From the NCBI RefSeq assembly GCF_018350175.1, contig NC_058369.1, positions 5,644,001 through 5,708,000 of the forward strand: a stretch of DNA of 64,000 nucleotides, in the 5' to 3' direction. The notes below the pieces were generated by a model. It was not told where the DNA came from, did no database searches, and was given only the letters and a program-made list of their open reading frames with translations. Of this stretch, positions 38,708-52,870 are shown piece after piece. The first letter of the stretch is position 1. Each line of letters begins with the position of its first letter. Source of the stretch: Felis catus (lineage: Eukaryota). The translations under genes were made by a program, and so were the position numbers.

Positions 38708-39450
38708 AAGGTGGCTATAGTTTATTTTTTATTTTTTTTATTTAACTTACTTTTTTTTTTTTTAGTTTGTAGTCACGTATAGTTTATTTTTTATTTTTTT
38801 ATTTTTATTTGTTTTATTTTATTTTTTAAAATTTATATCCAAATTAGGTAGCATATAGGGCCATGATGATTTCAGGAGTAGATTCCTTAGTGCCCCTGAC
38901 CCGTTTAGCCCATCCCCCCTCCCACAACCCCTCCCCTAACCCTCAGTTTGTTCTCCATATTTATGAGTCTCTTCTGTTTTGTCCCCCTCCCTGTTTTTAT
39001 ATTCTTTTTGTTTCCCTTCCCTTATGTTCATCTGTTTTGTCTCATAAAGTCCTCATAGGAGTGAAGTCATAGGATTTTTGTCTTTCTCTGACTAATTTTG
39101 CATAATCCCCTCCAGTTCCATCCACATAGCTGCAAATGGCAAGCTTTCATTCTTTTTGATTGCCGAGTAACATTCCGTTGTATGTATCTAAACCACATCT
39201 TCTTTATCCATTCATCCATCGATGGACATCTGGGCTCTTTCCATACTTTGGCTGTTGTCGATGGTGCTGCTATAAACATGGGGGTGCGTGTGTCCCTTCG
39301 AAACAGCACACCTGTATCCCTTGGGTAAATGCCTAGTAGTGCAATTGGTGGGTCATAGGGTAGTTCTATTTTTAGTTTTTTGAGGAACCTCCAGACTGTC
39401 TTCTAGAGTGGCTGCACCAGTTTGCATTCCCAAAAGATGGCTATACTTTA
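38708..39450 (-). mobile_element. LINE-1 3' end fragment (same family as the 57-61 kb element)
   Basis: Reverse complement of ~60660-61260; T-rich tail at 38725-38830; imperfect TSD AAG(G/A)TGGCTATA(G/C)TTTA at 38708-38724 and 39434-39450. Confidence 0.88.
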
Positions 39451-42400
39451 AAAGCAAAACCAGGGGTGCCTGGGTGGCTTAGTCACTTAAGCGTCTGACT
39501 CTTGGTTTCAGCTCAGCTTTTCTGCCCCTCCCCCACTAGCTCTCTTTCAAAATAAATGAATAAACTTAAAAAAAAACCAACCAGAAAACACTTTTTCCTC
39601 ACCCCCAAAATAAAACCCTGTACTCATGGAGCAGCTGATGCCCAGGCCCTGCTCTCCCCCACTCCCCCTCCCCATCCCAGGAAACTGTTAACCTGCCTTC
39701 TGTCTCTGTGGGTTTACCTCGTCTGGAATATTTCACATCAATGGGATCATACAATACATGACTCCTCGGGTCTTGCTTCTTTCGCTGACCACACGATTTT
39801 CAGGGTTCGTCCGTGTTGTAGCACGGGTTAGGACTTCAGGTCTTTTTTTTTTTTTTTAACGTTTATTTATTTTGAGGGGGAGAGAGAGACACACACAGAG
39901 TGCACGTGGGGGAGGGGCAGAGAGAGAGAGGGAGACACAGAATCCGAAGCAGGCTCCGGGCTCTGAGCTGTCAGCACAGAGCCCGAGGCGGGGCTCGAAC
40001 CCACAGACCGTGAGATCAGGACCCGAGCTGAAACCGAGAGTTAGTCACTTAACCAACTGAGCTACCCAGGCACCCTTAGGACTTCATTCTTTTTTATGAC
40101 TGGGTAATACTCCATTATATGGATGGACCACCATTTGTCTACACCTTGGCTCATAGGATGGACACTTGGGTGGTTTCCGTCTCCTAACTATTGTGAATAA
40201 TGCTGCCATGAACATTCACAAAGAAGTATTTGTTCAAATACCTGTTTCATTTCTTTAGGGCATATTCCTGGCAGTGAGACTCCCGGGTCATATGGTGATT
40301 CTAGGTTTAACTTAAAAAAACATTTTTTTTTTTTAATTTATTCATTTTGAGGGCAGGGACAGAGACAGGAGAGAGAGAGAGAATCCCAAGCAGGCTCTGC
40401 GCAGTCAGCCCAGAGCCCGAAGTGGGGCTCGATCTCACGAACTATGAGATCATGACCTGAGTCAAAATCAAGAGTCAGTCACTTAACCGACTGAACCACC
40501 CAGGTGCCCCATATGAAGATTCTATGTTTCACTTTTGAGCAAGCCCAAAATCAATTCTCACAACAGCTGCCCACCAGCCATGCACAAGTTTCCAATTTCT
40601 CTACATCCTCCCTAACATGGTGCTGTTTTCTTTGTTTTTAAGTTCATTTATTTACTTTGAAAGAAAAAGAAAGGGTGGGGGAGGGACAGAGAGAGAATCC
40701 CAAGCAGGCTCCACTGACAGCACAGAGCCCGTGGGGCTTGAACTCACGAGCCGTGAGATCATGACCTGAGCTGAAACCAAGAGTCAGACACTTAACAACT
40801 GAGCCACCCAGGTACCCCAAGAAAAAGTGTTTTTAAAGATGATTTGTTAGATCAATTTTAGGTTCACAGCACAATTAAGAGGAAAATATAGAGATTTCCC
40901 ATATACCTCCTACCCCCCCCTCCCCTGCACGTTCACAGCCCCCATTAGCAATATCCCCCATCAGAGGGCTACATTTGTTACACCTGCTGAAACCACACTG
41001 ACACATCACCATCACTTCAAGTCCGTAAGTTACTTTAAGGTTCGCCCTTGGTGGTGTCCATTCTGTGGGTCCCAAAAAGGATGTAATGCCCTATATCTAT
41101 GATTCTAATATCGTATATGGTATTTTCATCGCCGGAAAAATCCTCGGTGCTCTGCCTACTCGTCCCTCCCCCCTACGTCTGGCAACCACTAATCATTCTA
41201 CTGCCTCCATAGTTTTGCTTTTCCAGAATGTCCGAAAGGATCATGCGATCTGTAGACTTTGCAGACTGGCTTCTTTCACTTGGCGATACACATTGAAGGT
41301 TCCTCCATGTCGTTTTCATGGCCCGATGGCTCATTTCTTTTTAGCGCTTGTCTGGATGTTCTGCAGTTTACTTTTCCATTTCACCTACTGAAGGACACTT
41401 TGTTTGCTTCCAAGTCTTTGGAAATATGGATAGGTTGCTAGAAACATCGGAGCTCAGGGTTTTGTGTGGACATCAGTTTTCAACACCTGTGGGTGAATCC
41501 CAAGAAGCACGATTGCTGGGTTGTACGGTAAGATAGTTTCGCAGGGTATGTTTAGTTTTTTCAGAAATCGCTAAACTGTCTTCCGGAGTGGCTGGACCAT
41601 TTGCATCCCCACCAGCAGTAGATGAGAGTTCCTGTAGCTCCGGTCTTCGCCAGCCTTCTGTGTTGTCAGTGTGTGGATTTGGGTCATTCTAATAGCTGGG
41701 TGGTGGTATTTTCTTGTTGTTGTTGTTTTTAAGTTTATTCATTTTTGAGAGAGCAGACAGAGTGAGCCAGGGAGGGGCAGAGAGAGGAGAGAGAGAATCC
41801 CAAGCAGTGTGGGATCTCAAACTGTGCAATGTATCTCTCAAACCCACAAACCGTGAGATCGTGACCTGAGCTGAAACCAGGAGTTGGATGCTTAACCCAC
41901 TGAGCCACCCAGGCGCCCCGGTATCTTGTTTAAAAAAAAAAATTAATGTTTATTTATTTTTGACACAGAGAGACAGAGAATGAGCGGGGGAGGGACAGAG
42001 AGAGAGGGAGATGCAGAATCCAAAGCAGGCTCCAGGCTCTGAGCTATCAGCACAGAGCCTGACGCGGGGCTCGAACTCACAAAGTGTGAGATCATGACCT
42101 GAGCTGAAGTCGGAGGCTCAACTGACTGAGCCACCCAGGTGCGCCACCCCCCCCCCCCCCCAATCTTGTTTCGGTTTGCAATTCCTGATGACGGATGATG
42201 TGGAACATCTTTTCATACGCTTATTTGCCACGTGGGTATGTTTCAGAATTAGACGGTGGTTGCACAGCCTTGTGAATGTACTAAATGCCACCGAAGTTTA
42301 CTTTTAAGTGTAGCATATGCCGGTGAAGTTTAAATTTATGTTATGTGGATTTCATCTCAATGATCAAACCAGACCAAAAAAAAAAAAAAGGTGAAAGATG

Positions 42401-45400
42401 AATCGGCATATTTGTGTGCTGGTGGGAATAATCTGGTACAGAGGGAGGATTGCTGTGGCTCCCTGCAGGGAGGAGTGGGGGTGTGAGCTGGTGGCCGCTT
42501 GGCTTTGCCAGGGATTCGGGGCACACTGTTTACACACCACAGCAGAGGGAAGGCTGGCCTGGCGTGTGGGGCCCGGTGCAGGTTGGCAGGTTGGTGGGGG
42601 TGATGACTACGGGCTGGTTTCTGTTTTCTCGGTGGTGGGTTCTGTTCTGCCGCAAGGGTGGGGGAAGGATGGCCACACAGGGAGGAAATGGGCGTGGCTT
42701 CCTCGCGTGTCTTCCCAGCGTCCGGAAGAGCGCCGCCAGCTGCCGGCAGGTGGCGCTCTCTGCCTTTACCATCCAGCCACGAGTTTCCTTCTCACCACGT
42801 GCTCGTCTTGGTTCCTTCTGCGGCTCTTCCCGGGTGTTTGTGCATGTCCTGCGCCGCTACCCTTCCTCGCTCTCTGTCCCATCAAGGGACCTTCACCCTT
42901 GTGTTTTTCTCCTTGTGAAATACACATAATGTGAAGTTTGCCGTTTTAATCATTTTTAGGTGCGCAGTTCAGTGGCAATACGCACAGTCGCTGTGTGCCG
43001 CCCTCCCCACCGTCCACCTCCAGAGCTCTCTCCCTCTTGCAAAACTGAAAGTGTCCCCATGAAACACTGACTCCCCCTGCCCCCACCAGCCCCTGGCTCC
43101 CCCTATCTGTCTACTTTCTGTCTCTCTGAATTTGACTTCTCTAGGGACTTCACGGAAGTGGAATCATATAGAATGTGGTTTTTTTTGTGCCTGGCTCGTT
43201 TAACTCACATTGTGTGTTCAAGATGTGTCCATGTTGTAGCAGGTGTCAGAATTCCTGTCTTTTTTTTTTTTTTTTTTGAAAGGTGAATTTATTTTCTTCC
43301 ATGTATTACAAATATAACAAGTCTTTTAAATTATGCTAGTGTTTATCTTAAAAATTTTAAAATAATTACCCACTTTTGTGAGACAGAGCATGAGCAGGGG
43401 AGGAGCAGAGAGAGACGGAATCTGAAGCAGGCTCCAGGCTCTGAGCCATCAGCACAGAGCCGGATGTGGGGCTCAAACCCACACACCGTGAGATCATGAC
43501 CTGAGCCCAAGTCAGCCGCTTGACCGACTGAGCCACCCAGGTCCCCCTGTGCTACTGTTTTTCTTAAGCTGGTTTCTGCTTTCTTTGATGCTCTAACAGA
43601 TTTGCAAGGATGTTGTGTGGGCTGCCCCAGCCCTGGGTCCACACCAGCCCTATTGTTCCCAGGTCTGAATTCCGAGAACACACACATGGTGTCCTGGCAA
43701 AAACAAGTGTCTGTGTCAGCAACCAGCCCCTCAGCTGACAGATAAGTTGTCAGTTGCCTGATTTTCTGAGTTTAACTCATCTGTGCTTTCCTGGCCAAAT
43801 TGTCCTTGGTCGTGATATAATTTCTCCCCCACACTGTGAGATTTGGCTAGCAGTATTTTATTTAGGATTTCTGCTTCTAGGGACGGTATTGAAGGTTGGT
43901 GTCAATTTTCCTATCTTGGTCCACAGTCTCACCTGTTTTTATTTTTATGGAGGTGAAATTTACATAACAAAACCAACCCCTTGAAAGCAAACAGTTCCAT
44001 GACATCTGGTACACGCACGATATGGTACAGCCACCACGTCTGTCTGTTTCCAGAACATTTCCATCGCTGCAAAACGAAACCACATACTCACTGAGCAGTT
44101 ATGTCTCTCCCCTCCCCTTCCTTTTCCCTGGGTAACCATCCATCTGCCTTGTGTCTCCATGGATTTGCTCAGTGTGGAGACTTCCTACAAACAGAGCCAT
44201 GCGACGTGTCGCCATCTGTGTCTGGCTTGTTTTACTGAGCGTAATGTTGCCGCGGCACGTCCGTGTTGTGCTCTCTCTGGTTTGTAGGTTACACCATCCT
44301 CCAAAAGGAAAGGAAACCAGCTGTTCCCCTCCTCCTGTGCCCTTTGCCTGTTCCTGGTATCAACTTGCCTAAGATGGGGATTATCTGCTACCTGGAATGC
44401 TGATAAAACTGCCCTGTAGAACCTTCTAGGTCCTGCCCTTCTAAGAGAGGCACCCCCCCCCCCCCATCATTTCCATCTCAGTAACGTTTCTGGATCTACT
44501 CAAGTTATCTGATTCTTCTTGGTATGATTTTTGCATTTTTTTTTTTTTTTGGTTTCTCCCTAAATGTATTCATCTTGATTTTTAAATGTATTGGCATATA
44601 GTTCTTTAGTTTTGCTTTTTTTTTTTTTTTAAACCACTCACCCCCTACCCCCACAACCACCAATCTGTTCTTCGTATCCTAATTCAGGTTGTTTTTTTTT
44701 TTTTTTAGATTCCATGTGTGAATGAGGTCATGCAGTATTTGTCTTTCTCTGACTTCACGTAGCATAATGTCCTCAAGGTCCATCCACATGGTTGCAAATG
44801 GCAGAATTTCCTTCTTTTTTGAGGCAAATAGTATTACATTGTATGTACACATTTTCTTTCTTTAAATTTAAAAAAAAATTTTTTTTTCAACGTTTATTTA
44901 TTTTTGGGACAGAGAGAGACAGAGCATGAACGGGGGAGGGGCAGAGAGAGAGGGAGACACAGAATGGGAAACAGGCTCCAGGCTCTGAGCCATCAGCCCA
45001 GAGCCCGACGCGGGGCTCGAACTCACGGACCGCGAGATCGTGACCTGGCTGAAGTCGGACGCTTAACGGACTGCGCCACCCAGGCGCCCCTCTTTAAATT
45101 TTTAATGTTTGTTTATTTTTGAGAGAGACGGACAGAGGGACAGAATGCGAGGGGGGAAGGACGGAGAGAGAGAGGGAGACCCAGAATCCGAAGCAGGCTC
45201 CAGGCTCTGAGCTGTCAGCACAGAGCCCAACGCGGGGCTCGAACTCATGAACCGTGAGATCATGACCGGAGCTGAAGTCGGACGCTTAACGGACTGAGCC
45301 ACCCAGGCACTCCTGTACACGTTTTCCTTATGTATTTTCTCATCCATTGAAGGGCACTTAGGTTCTTTCTGTGTCTATTGTGAGTAATGCCACAGTGAGC

Positions 45401-46214
45401 GTGGGGGCGGGGTGCAGATATCTTTTCAAGACCAATTTTATTTCCTTTGGATGTATATACCCAGAAGTGGAGAATTTCTATTTTTCATTCTGTGAGGACC
45501 TGTTATCTGACACACTCCTGGCTGCGGCCATCTGTATTCCCAGCGGCAGGTGCACAGGGTTCCCTTTTCTCCACAGCCCGTGAGAGGTTATTTCTCATCG
45601 TTTTGACCCATATTTGCTCTCAGCCTCCTCACATATATATTTTTTAAACTCTCCCCACTTGCCCCCTGCTCATTCTCTCCAAATGTTTACCTCTTTAGTC
45701 TTTCCAAAGAGCCAGGGTTTGGTTTCATTCTTGCATTTTTTTCCTTTGTTCCTTTTGTTCCTCTGTTTCGTTGATTCCGGCTTTAATCTGTGTTGTTTCC
45801 TTGTTTTCTTGGGTCGGGTTTTCTCTATTGTGCGCTTGCTGGTCCGCTGCCAGCTCACCTCACTGGCTGAGCTCAGCCTCCCGTCATGGGAGTGCCTGGC
45901 TGGGCGCCTCTTGTCCGGTTCAGAGGTCTGGCCAGGCTAATGGACTCTTGGTCCTGGGTTGTGAGTCTAGGGTCTGCATGGGTGAGGCCAGGCTTTCCAG
46001 GGCTGGGTTTTGAAGGTATAGGCAAAGCGTGGTACATCCATCGGGGGTGGGGGTGGGGGGTGGGGTGAAGCCAGTTGAAGAGATGGGGGCAATCCCAGAG
46101 GGCTTCCTGGAGGAGGAGCCTTGTGTGGGCTGAGAAGTGGGTGAAAGCAGGCCTTGAGTGCTGAGCCTTTAGCATCTTGGAGAGGGTTTGTGGGCCCTCC
46201 ATACAGGCCCCTCT

Positions 46215-46630
46215 AAAGAATGGACAGAACTGGTGAACGGATCAACCAAACGTGACCTAGCCGTCCGATGGGATATTACTCACCCATAAACAGCAATGAA
46301 GGATAACGGACGGCATGACCAACCTCAAGAACACGGGGCTGCGTGAAACGAGGCCGGAGGCCCCGAAGTCACATGTTGTGTGGTCCTGTCTGGAACAGGG
46401 AAACCCACGGACTCTGCACGCAGCTGGGTGGTTCCCAGGGTCTCGAGGACGGAGGCGTGGGGAGTGAGCGCGAACGGGGGGTCGGGTTTCCTCTGGGGGG
46501 CTGGAAATGTCTCGGAACTGGAGAGAGGGGGCGGCTGCACAACCTTGTAAATGCACTCAATGCCACCGAATCGTTCACTTCCCGACGATTAATTCTATGT
46601 GCATGTTCCCTCCGTAAGGCGTGTATATTA
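46215..46630 (+). mobile_element. Ancient L1M 3'-end fragment
   Basis: Recognisable L1MB/ME-type 3' motifs (GGATATTACTCACCCATAAA…, TGCACAACCTTGTAAATGCACTCAATGCCACCGAA). Confidence 0.6.
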
Positions 46631-48679
46631 AGAAAAACTTTCCCATCGTTTCCATAGATGTGGAATATGAAAGGAGAATCTAGCAACGCTCCAGCCTGCC
46701 CACTGCAGTCTGCATACGTGCTATGCACAGTTTTTTTTCTTGTTTGTTTTTGTTTTTAAGGAATCTCTGTGCCCTACGTGGGGCTTGAACTCACAGCCCA
46801 GAGATCCAGAGTCCCAGGCTCCACGGGCTGAACCGGCCAGGCCCTCGCTTCCCCGCTGCCCCTGTGAAGCTCTTGATACCTTTTTATTGTTTTATGGTGA
46901 AACGGCATCTATAAAAAGGTCCATAAACCGGACATCATGGATACTTACAAAGCGAACACCTGGTCACACCCACTTTTCAGTTAAAACGCTCATTCTCTCA
47001 TTTGTTCCTCCTGTTCTTTTTTGCCATTGGAATTTGGGCAGATATGAAAAACAGAAATATTAATAGAAAAAAGAATAATAATCGTTGATCTCTCTTCTGC
47101 CCCAACTTAATTACTGTTAATGTTTTGATACACTTTTTTCCCACTACGTTCTACGTATCTTCTTTAACAATCTGCACGTAATCGGCGCGCCTGGCTGGCT
47201 CACTCGGGAGAGCATGCAACTCTTGATTTCTGGGTTATAAGTTTGAGCCCCACGCTGGGTGGAGAGATTACTTAAAAATAAAATCTTACGGACGCCTCGG
47301 GGGCTCCATCAGTTAAGCGTCCGACTTCCGCTCAGGTCATGATCTCCCCGCTCGTGGGTTCGAGCCCCGTATCAGGCTCTCTGCGGACAGCTCAGAGCCT
47401 GGAGCCTGCATCAGATTCTGTGTCTCCCTTTCTCTCTCTGCTCCTCCCCTACTCATGCTCTGTCTCTCTCAAAAATGAGTAAGCGTTAAAAAAAAAAAAA
47501 AAAATTTAAGGGGCACCTGGGTGGCTTAGTTGGTTAAGAATCCGACTTCAGCTCAGGTCACGGTCCCTGGTTCGTGAGTTCAAGCCCCGCGTCAGGCTTT
47601 GCGCTGATGGCTCAGAGCCTGGAGCCTGCTTCAGATTCTGTGTCTCCTTCTCTCTCTGCCTCTTCCCCGCTTGTGCTCTCTCTCTCTCTCAAGAATAAAC
47701 GTTAAAAAAAATTAAATTTTAAAACATCTTAAAAATACATAAATAACATAAATGCATCCTTAAAAGGTAGGAGTTGTCATGAAACTGCCTTCTGTCTCCA
47801 TCCTTCATCACCCTCTACTATGTATGTAGCCTTTTAGTTTATGTTTAAAAAAATATATATATGTATATAAATCCATAATTTGTATTTTTATGTAGATGGT
47901 GTGATTCTGTATTTTTGCAAATTGCTTTCCTTTGCTCAGCAGTATGTTTTGGGGCGCCTGGGGTGGCTCAGTTGGTTGAATGTCCAGCTCTGGCTCAGGT
48001 CGTGATCACGCTGTTCATGAGTTCAAGCCCCGCATTGGGGCGCAGCGACTAGCAGGAAAAAGGAAAACCACCCAAAAGGCCAATGACAGGGAAATGTGCT
48101 AGCAAAATGCACGTGATTCTGTACTGCACATCGCTGCGAATTACAGTCGTATTATCGGCCTGAGTAGGCTCCAAAAACATACTGTTGTGTGTTGTTTTTG
48201 TTTATTTTGTTTTAATGTTATTTTTGTTTTTATTTATTAATTTTTTTTAATGTTTATTTTTTTGAGAGAGAGACAGAGCACGAGTGGGGGAGGGGCAGAG
48301 GGAGAGGGAGACACAGAACCCGAAGCAGGCTCCGGGCTCCGAGCTGTCAGCACCGAGGTTGACATGGGGCTCAAACCCGGGAACAGTGAGATCACGACCT
48401 GAGCCGAAGTCGGGCACTTAACCACCTGAGCCACTCAGGCGCCCCTGCGTGTGGGCATTCTTTTTTTTTTTTTTTTTTTTTAACGTTTTATTTTTGAGAC
48501 AGAGACAGAGCATGAATGGGGGAGGGGCAGAGAGAGAGGGAGACACAGAATCGGAAGCAGGCTCCAGGCTCTGAGCCATCAGCCCAGAGCCCGACGCAGG
48601 GCTCGAACTCACGGACTGTGAGATCGTGACCTGAGCCGAAGTCCGCCGCTTAACCGACTGAGCCACCCAGGCGCCCCTG

Positions 48680-51028
48680 CGTGTGGGCATTCTAATAGGA
48701 GTGTTGTGGTGGCCCATTGTGGCTTTATTTTGCATTTATTCCCTGATGACAGATGATATGTGATGACAGATGTGTTTTCATGCACTTGTTTGCCATCTGA
48801 ATCTCTTCGGTGAGCTGTCTGTTCAGATCGAATTTTCTAATTGGGTTGTTCATTTCTTATTGTTGAGTTTTACGAATTCTTTGTATAACAGTTCTTTATC
48901 AGATAGGTGGGTTTTTTTTTTTTTTTTGTATTCTTTTTCTCCCAGTCCGTGCCTGTCTTCTCACTCCGTTGATACTTTCTCTCTCAGAGCAGGAATTTTT
49001 TTTCATTTTAATGGTGTCTAGCTTACCAATTCCTTTTCTCATGGACCATGCTGTTGGTGGCGTATCTAAGAAGTTACCACGAAACCCAAGTTCATCTGGG
49101 TTTTCTCCTCTGTTATGTTCTAGGAGTTTTATGGTTTGGTGTTTTTACATTTAGGCCTGTGATTCATTTTGAGTTAATTTCTCAAGGGTGTCAAGTCTGT
49201 GTCTAGATTCATTTTTTTTCTTTTGATTTTTTTTATATGAGTCTTAAAAATTTTTTTTTTTTAATGTTTATTTTTGAGATAGAGCATGAGTGGGGAAGGG
49301 GCAGAGAGAGAGGGAGACACAGAATCCAAAGCAGGCTCTAGGCTCTGAGCTGTCCGCACAGAGCCCCACCCACATGGGGCTGGAACGCACGAACCATGAG
49401 ATCATGACCTGAACTGAAATCGGATGCTTAACCTACTGAGCCATCTAGGCGGTCCTTTTAATGTTTGTTTATGTTAGAGCAAGCGTGCGTGTGTGTGTGC
49501 GTGTGCGGACGGGGGGTGGGGGGGTGGACAGAGGATGCAAAGTGGACGGCAGAGAGCTTGATGTGGGGCTCAAACTCCCGAAACATGAGATCATGACCTG
49601 AGCCAAAGTCAGATGCTTAACCGACTGAGCCCCTCAGGTGCCCCTAGATTCATATTTTCCCCTGTGGATGCCCAGTCGTTCCAGCACCATCATCGTGGAA
49701 AACACTGTCTTTTCTCTGCTACGTCGTCTTTGCTCCTTTGTCGCTGACCAGTTGATTCCACTCGGTGCGTGTATTTCCGGGCTCTGTTCTGTTCCGTTGA
49801 TCTGTCTGTTTTTCACCCATACCACACGGTCTTTATCACCGTGGCTTTGTAGTAAGTCTTGACGTTGGCTAGTGTCAGCCCTGCCACCTTTGTTCTTCTC
49901 CATCGATATTGTGCTGTGTATTCTGGGGGATTTGCCTGTCCCTAGAAACCTTAGAATCAGTTTGTCAGTATTGAGGAAACTTGCTGGCATTTTGGCTGGA
50001 ATTGCATCTGTAGATCAAGTTGGGAAGGACTAACGTGTTGACGATATGGAAACATGGGCGTCTCTCCATTTGTTTATTACTTCTTTTATTCCTTTCATCA
50101 GTGTTTTGTAGTTTTCCTCATATAGAATTGTACGTGTTTTGTTAGATTTATACCAGAGTATTTAATTTTGTGGCTGATAATAAATGGTATTGTGCTTTCA
50201 TTTTCAAATTTCACTTTTTAATTGCTGGTGCATGGAAACTGATTGGCTTTTGTATATTAATCTTGTATCTTGCTACATTACTATAGTGGCTTATTAGTTC
50301 CAGGAGGATTTTTTTGTTGATTATTTTGGATTTTCTACATAGATGGTCATCTCTATGAATAAAGACAGGTTTTTTTTTAAACTTTATTTTGAGAGAGAGA
50401 GAGTGGGGAAGGGACAGAGAGAGAGGGAGAGAGAGAATCCCAAAACATAGGGCTTAAGACCATGAATCACAAGATCATGACTGAGCCTAAATCAAGAGTC
50501 AGATGCTTAACCAACTGAGCCACCCAGGCACCTCGATATAGTTTTTTAAAGTTTATTAATTTTGAGAGAGAGAGAGAAAGAGAGCAGGGGAGGGGCAGAG
50601 AGAGAGGGAGAGAGAAAATCTCAAGCAGGCTCCATGCTGCCAGCCTGAACCATGAACCATGAGATCATGACCTGAGCTGAAATCAAGTCAGATGCTCAAC
50701 CGACTGAGCAACCCAAGTACCCCAGACAGTATTATTTCTTCCTTCTGAACCTGTATCCCTTTTATTTCCTTTTCTTGTCTTACTGCATTAGCTAGAACTT
50801 CCAGTATGACATTGAGAGGCAATGGTATATCGTTGCTGTGTTCCTGTTCTTAGAAACCTTCAAGCTTCTCACCATAACGTATGCTAGCTGTGGGGTTTTT
50901 GTAGATATTCTTTATCAAATTGAGGAGGTTCCCTCTAGTCCTAATTTACGGAATTTTCCATTAAAAAATTTTTTTTAGTGTTTATTTATTTTTGAGAGAG
51001 AGAGAGACAGAGTGTGAGTGGGGGAGGG

Positions 51029-51071
<43 letters not shown>

Positions 51072-52870
51072 ATCGGAAGTAGGCTCCAGGCTCCGAGCTG
51101 TCAGTACAGAGCCCAAGGCAGGGCTCGAACTCACAAACCATGAGATCATGACCTGAGCCGAAGTCAGACGCTTAACTGACTGAGCCACCCAGGCATCCCT
51201 CCATTTTTTAAAATTGTGGTAAAATACATGTAACATAGGGTCACCTGAGTGGCTCAGTCGGTTAAGCATCCAACTCTTGGTTTTGACTCAGGTCACGATC
51301 TCATGGTTCATGGGTTCAAGCCCTGCATCGGGCTCTGTGCTGCCAGCACGGAGCCTGCCTGGGACTCTCTCTCTCTCTCTGCCCCTCCCCGGCTTGCACT
51401 TTCTAAATGGCCAAACAAAAAACAAACTAAAACAATACACATAATGTAGAAATCATTGTTGTGACTATTTTTAAGGGTACAGTTCAGTAGGGTTAAGTAT
51501 ATTCACACTGTAACCAATCTCCAGAATTCTTTTCATCTTACAAAACTCTATACCCATTAAGTAGTTCTTCATTTTGACCTCCTCCTGCCCCTGGCAATTA
51601 CTGTGTCTGCTTGCTGTGTAAATTTGACCACTTAAAAATTTTTTTTTAATTTTTTTAATGTTTATTTATGTTTGAGACAGAGACAGAGCATTAACGGGGG
51701 GAGGGTCAGAGAGAGAGACACAGAATCTGAAGCAGGCTCCAGGCTCTGAGCTGTCAGCACAGAGCCCGACATGGGGCTCAAACTCGTGAGCCACGAGATC
51801 GTGACCTGAGCCACCTGAAGTCAGATGCTTAACCGACTGAGCCACCCAAGGTGCCCCTTTTTAAAATTAAAAAAAAAATTATTTATTGACCACTTTAGAT
51901 ACCTCATACGTGGACGCCTACAATATTTGTCTTTCTGTGTCTGGCTTATTTCATTTAGCATAATGTCCTCAAAGTCTATCGGTGTCATAGCATGTATCAG
52001 AATTTCATTCCTGTTTAAAGATTATTTTCCCATGCTTAAAAAATTTCACTTCCGTGACTTGCTTGTTCATATTCCATTGCCCTCTTTTCTTTTGGGCGGC
52101 TCTTCTCACCGATATCTGGGAGTTCTTTAGTAAGGTTCACTGTTAAAAAAAAAAAAACCCTCTACCCACTAAACAGTTATTCCCCATTTCCCCCTCTTCC
52201 TCCCCAGCCCCTGGCAACCGTAACTCTGCATTCCATTTTTATAGGGTTGGCTATTGTGGCTATTTCACTTAAAAGGAATCCTGAAATGTGTGACCTTTTC
52301 TGTCTGGCTTCCTTTGCGTCGTGTAATGTTTTTGAGGTCCATCCATGTCATCGCCTGAGTCGGTATTTCCTTTTCCGGGTGGGATAATATTTCTTGGTAT
52401 GGATATACAACAATTTGTTTACCCATCTACCCACTGATGGACATTTAGGTTGTTTCCGTCTTTTGGCTGTTGTGAATGGTGCTCCTGTGAACTTTCCTGC
52501 ACGAGTATTTGTTTATCTGTTTCCAGTTCTTTGAGGGTATATATCCAGGAGTGAAATTGCCGGGTCGTATGGTAATTCTGCTTACATTCTTGAGGAGGTG
52601 CCGAACTGGGTCCCACATGAATAATTAACCATTTTGCGTCACTACCGGCAAATCCAGGGGTCGTTCCAGTGTTGCGACATCTTTACCAACATTGTTTTCT
52701 GTTTTGTTTTTTGCTCTAGCCATCCTTAATGGCTGTGAAGTAATATCTTGTGGGTTTGATTTACGTTTCCCTAGGACAAGGCTGAAACATTTTCACGTGC
52801 TTGTTGCTGTTCGTATATCTTTTTTTTTTTTCCTTCTTTTCTTTGGTATCTTCTTTGGGAAAATGTCAGA
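48680..52870 (-). mobile_element. Ancient L1M-type LINE-1 fragments interrupted by multiple Can-SINEs
   Basis: ORF2-like remnants on minus strand (DKLILRF, KNK.G, DRVVW.KNRQI) and L1M 3'-end motifs; boundaries approximate. Confidence 0.65.
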
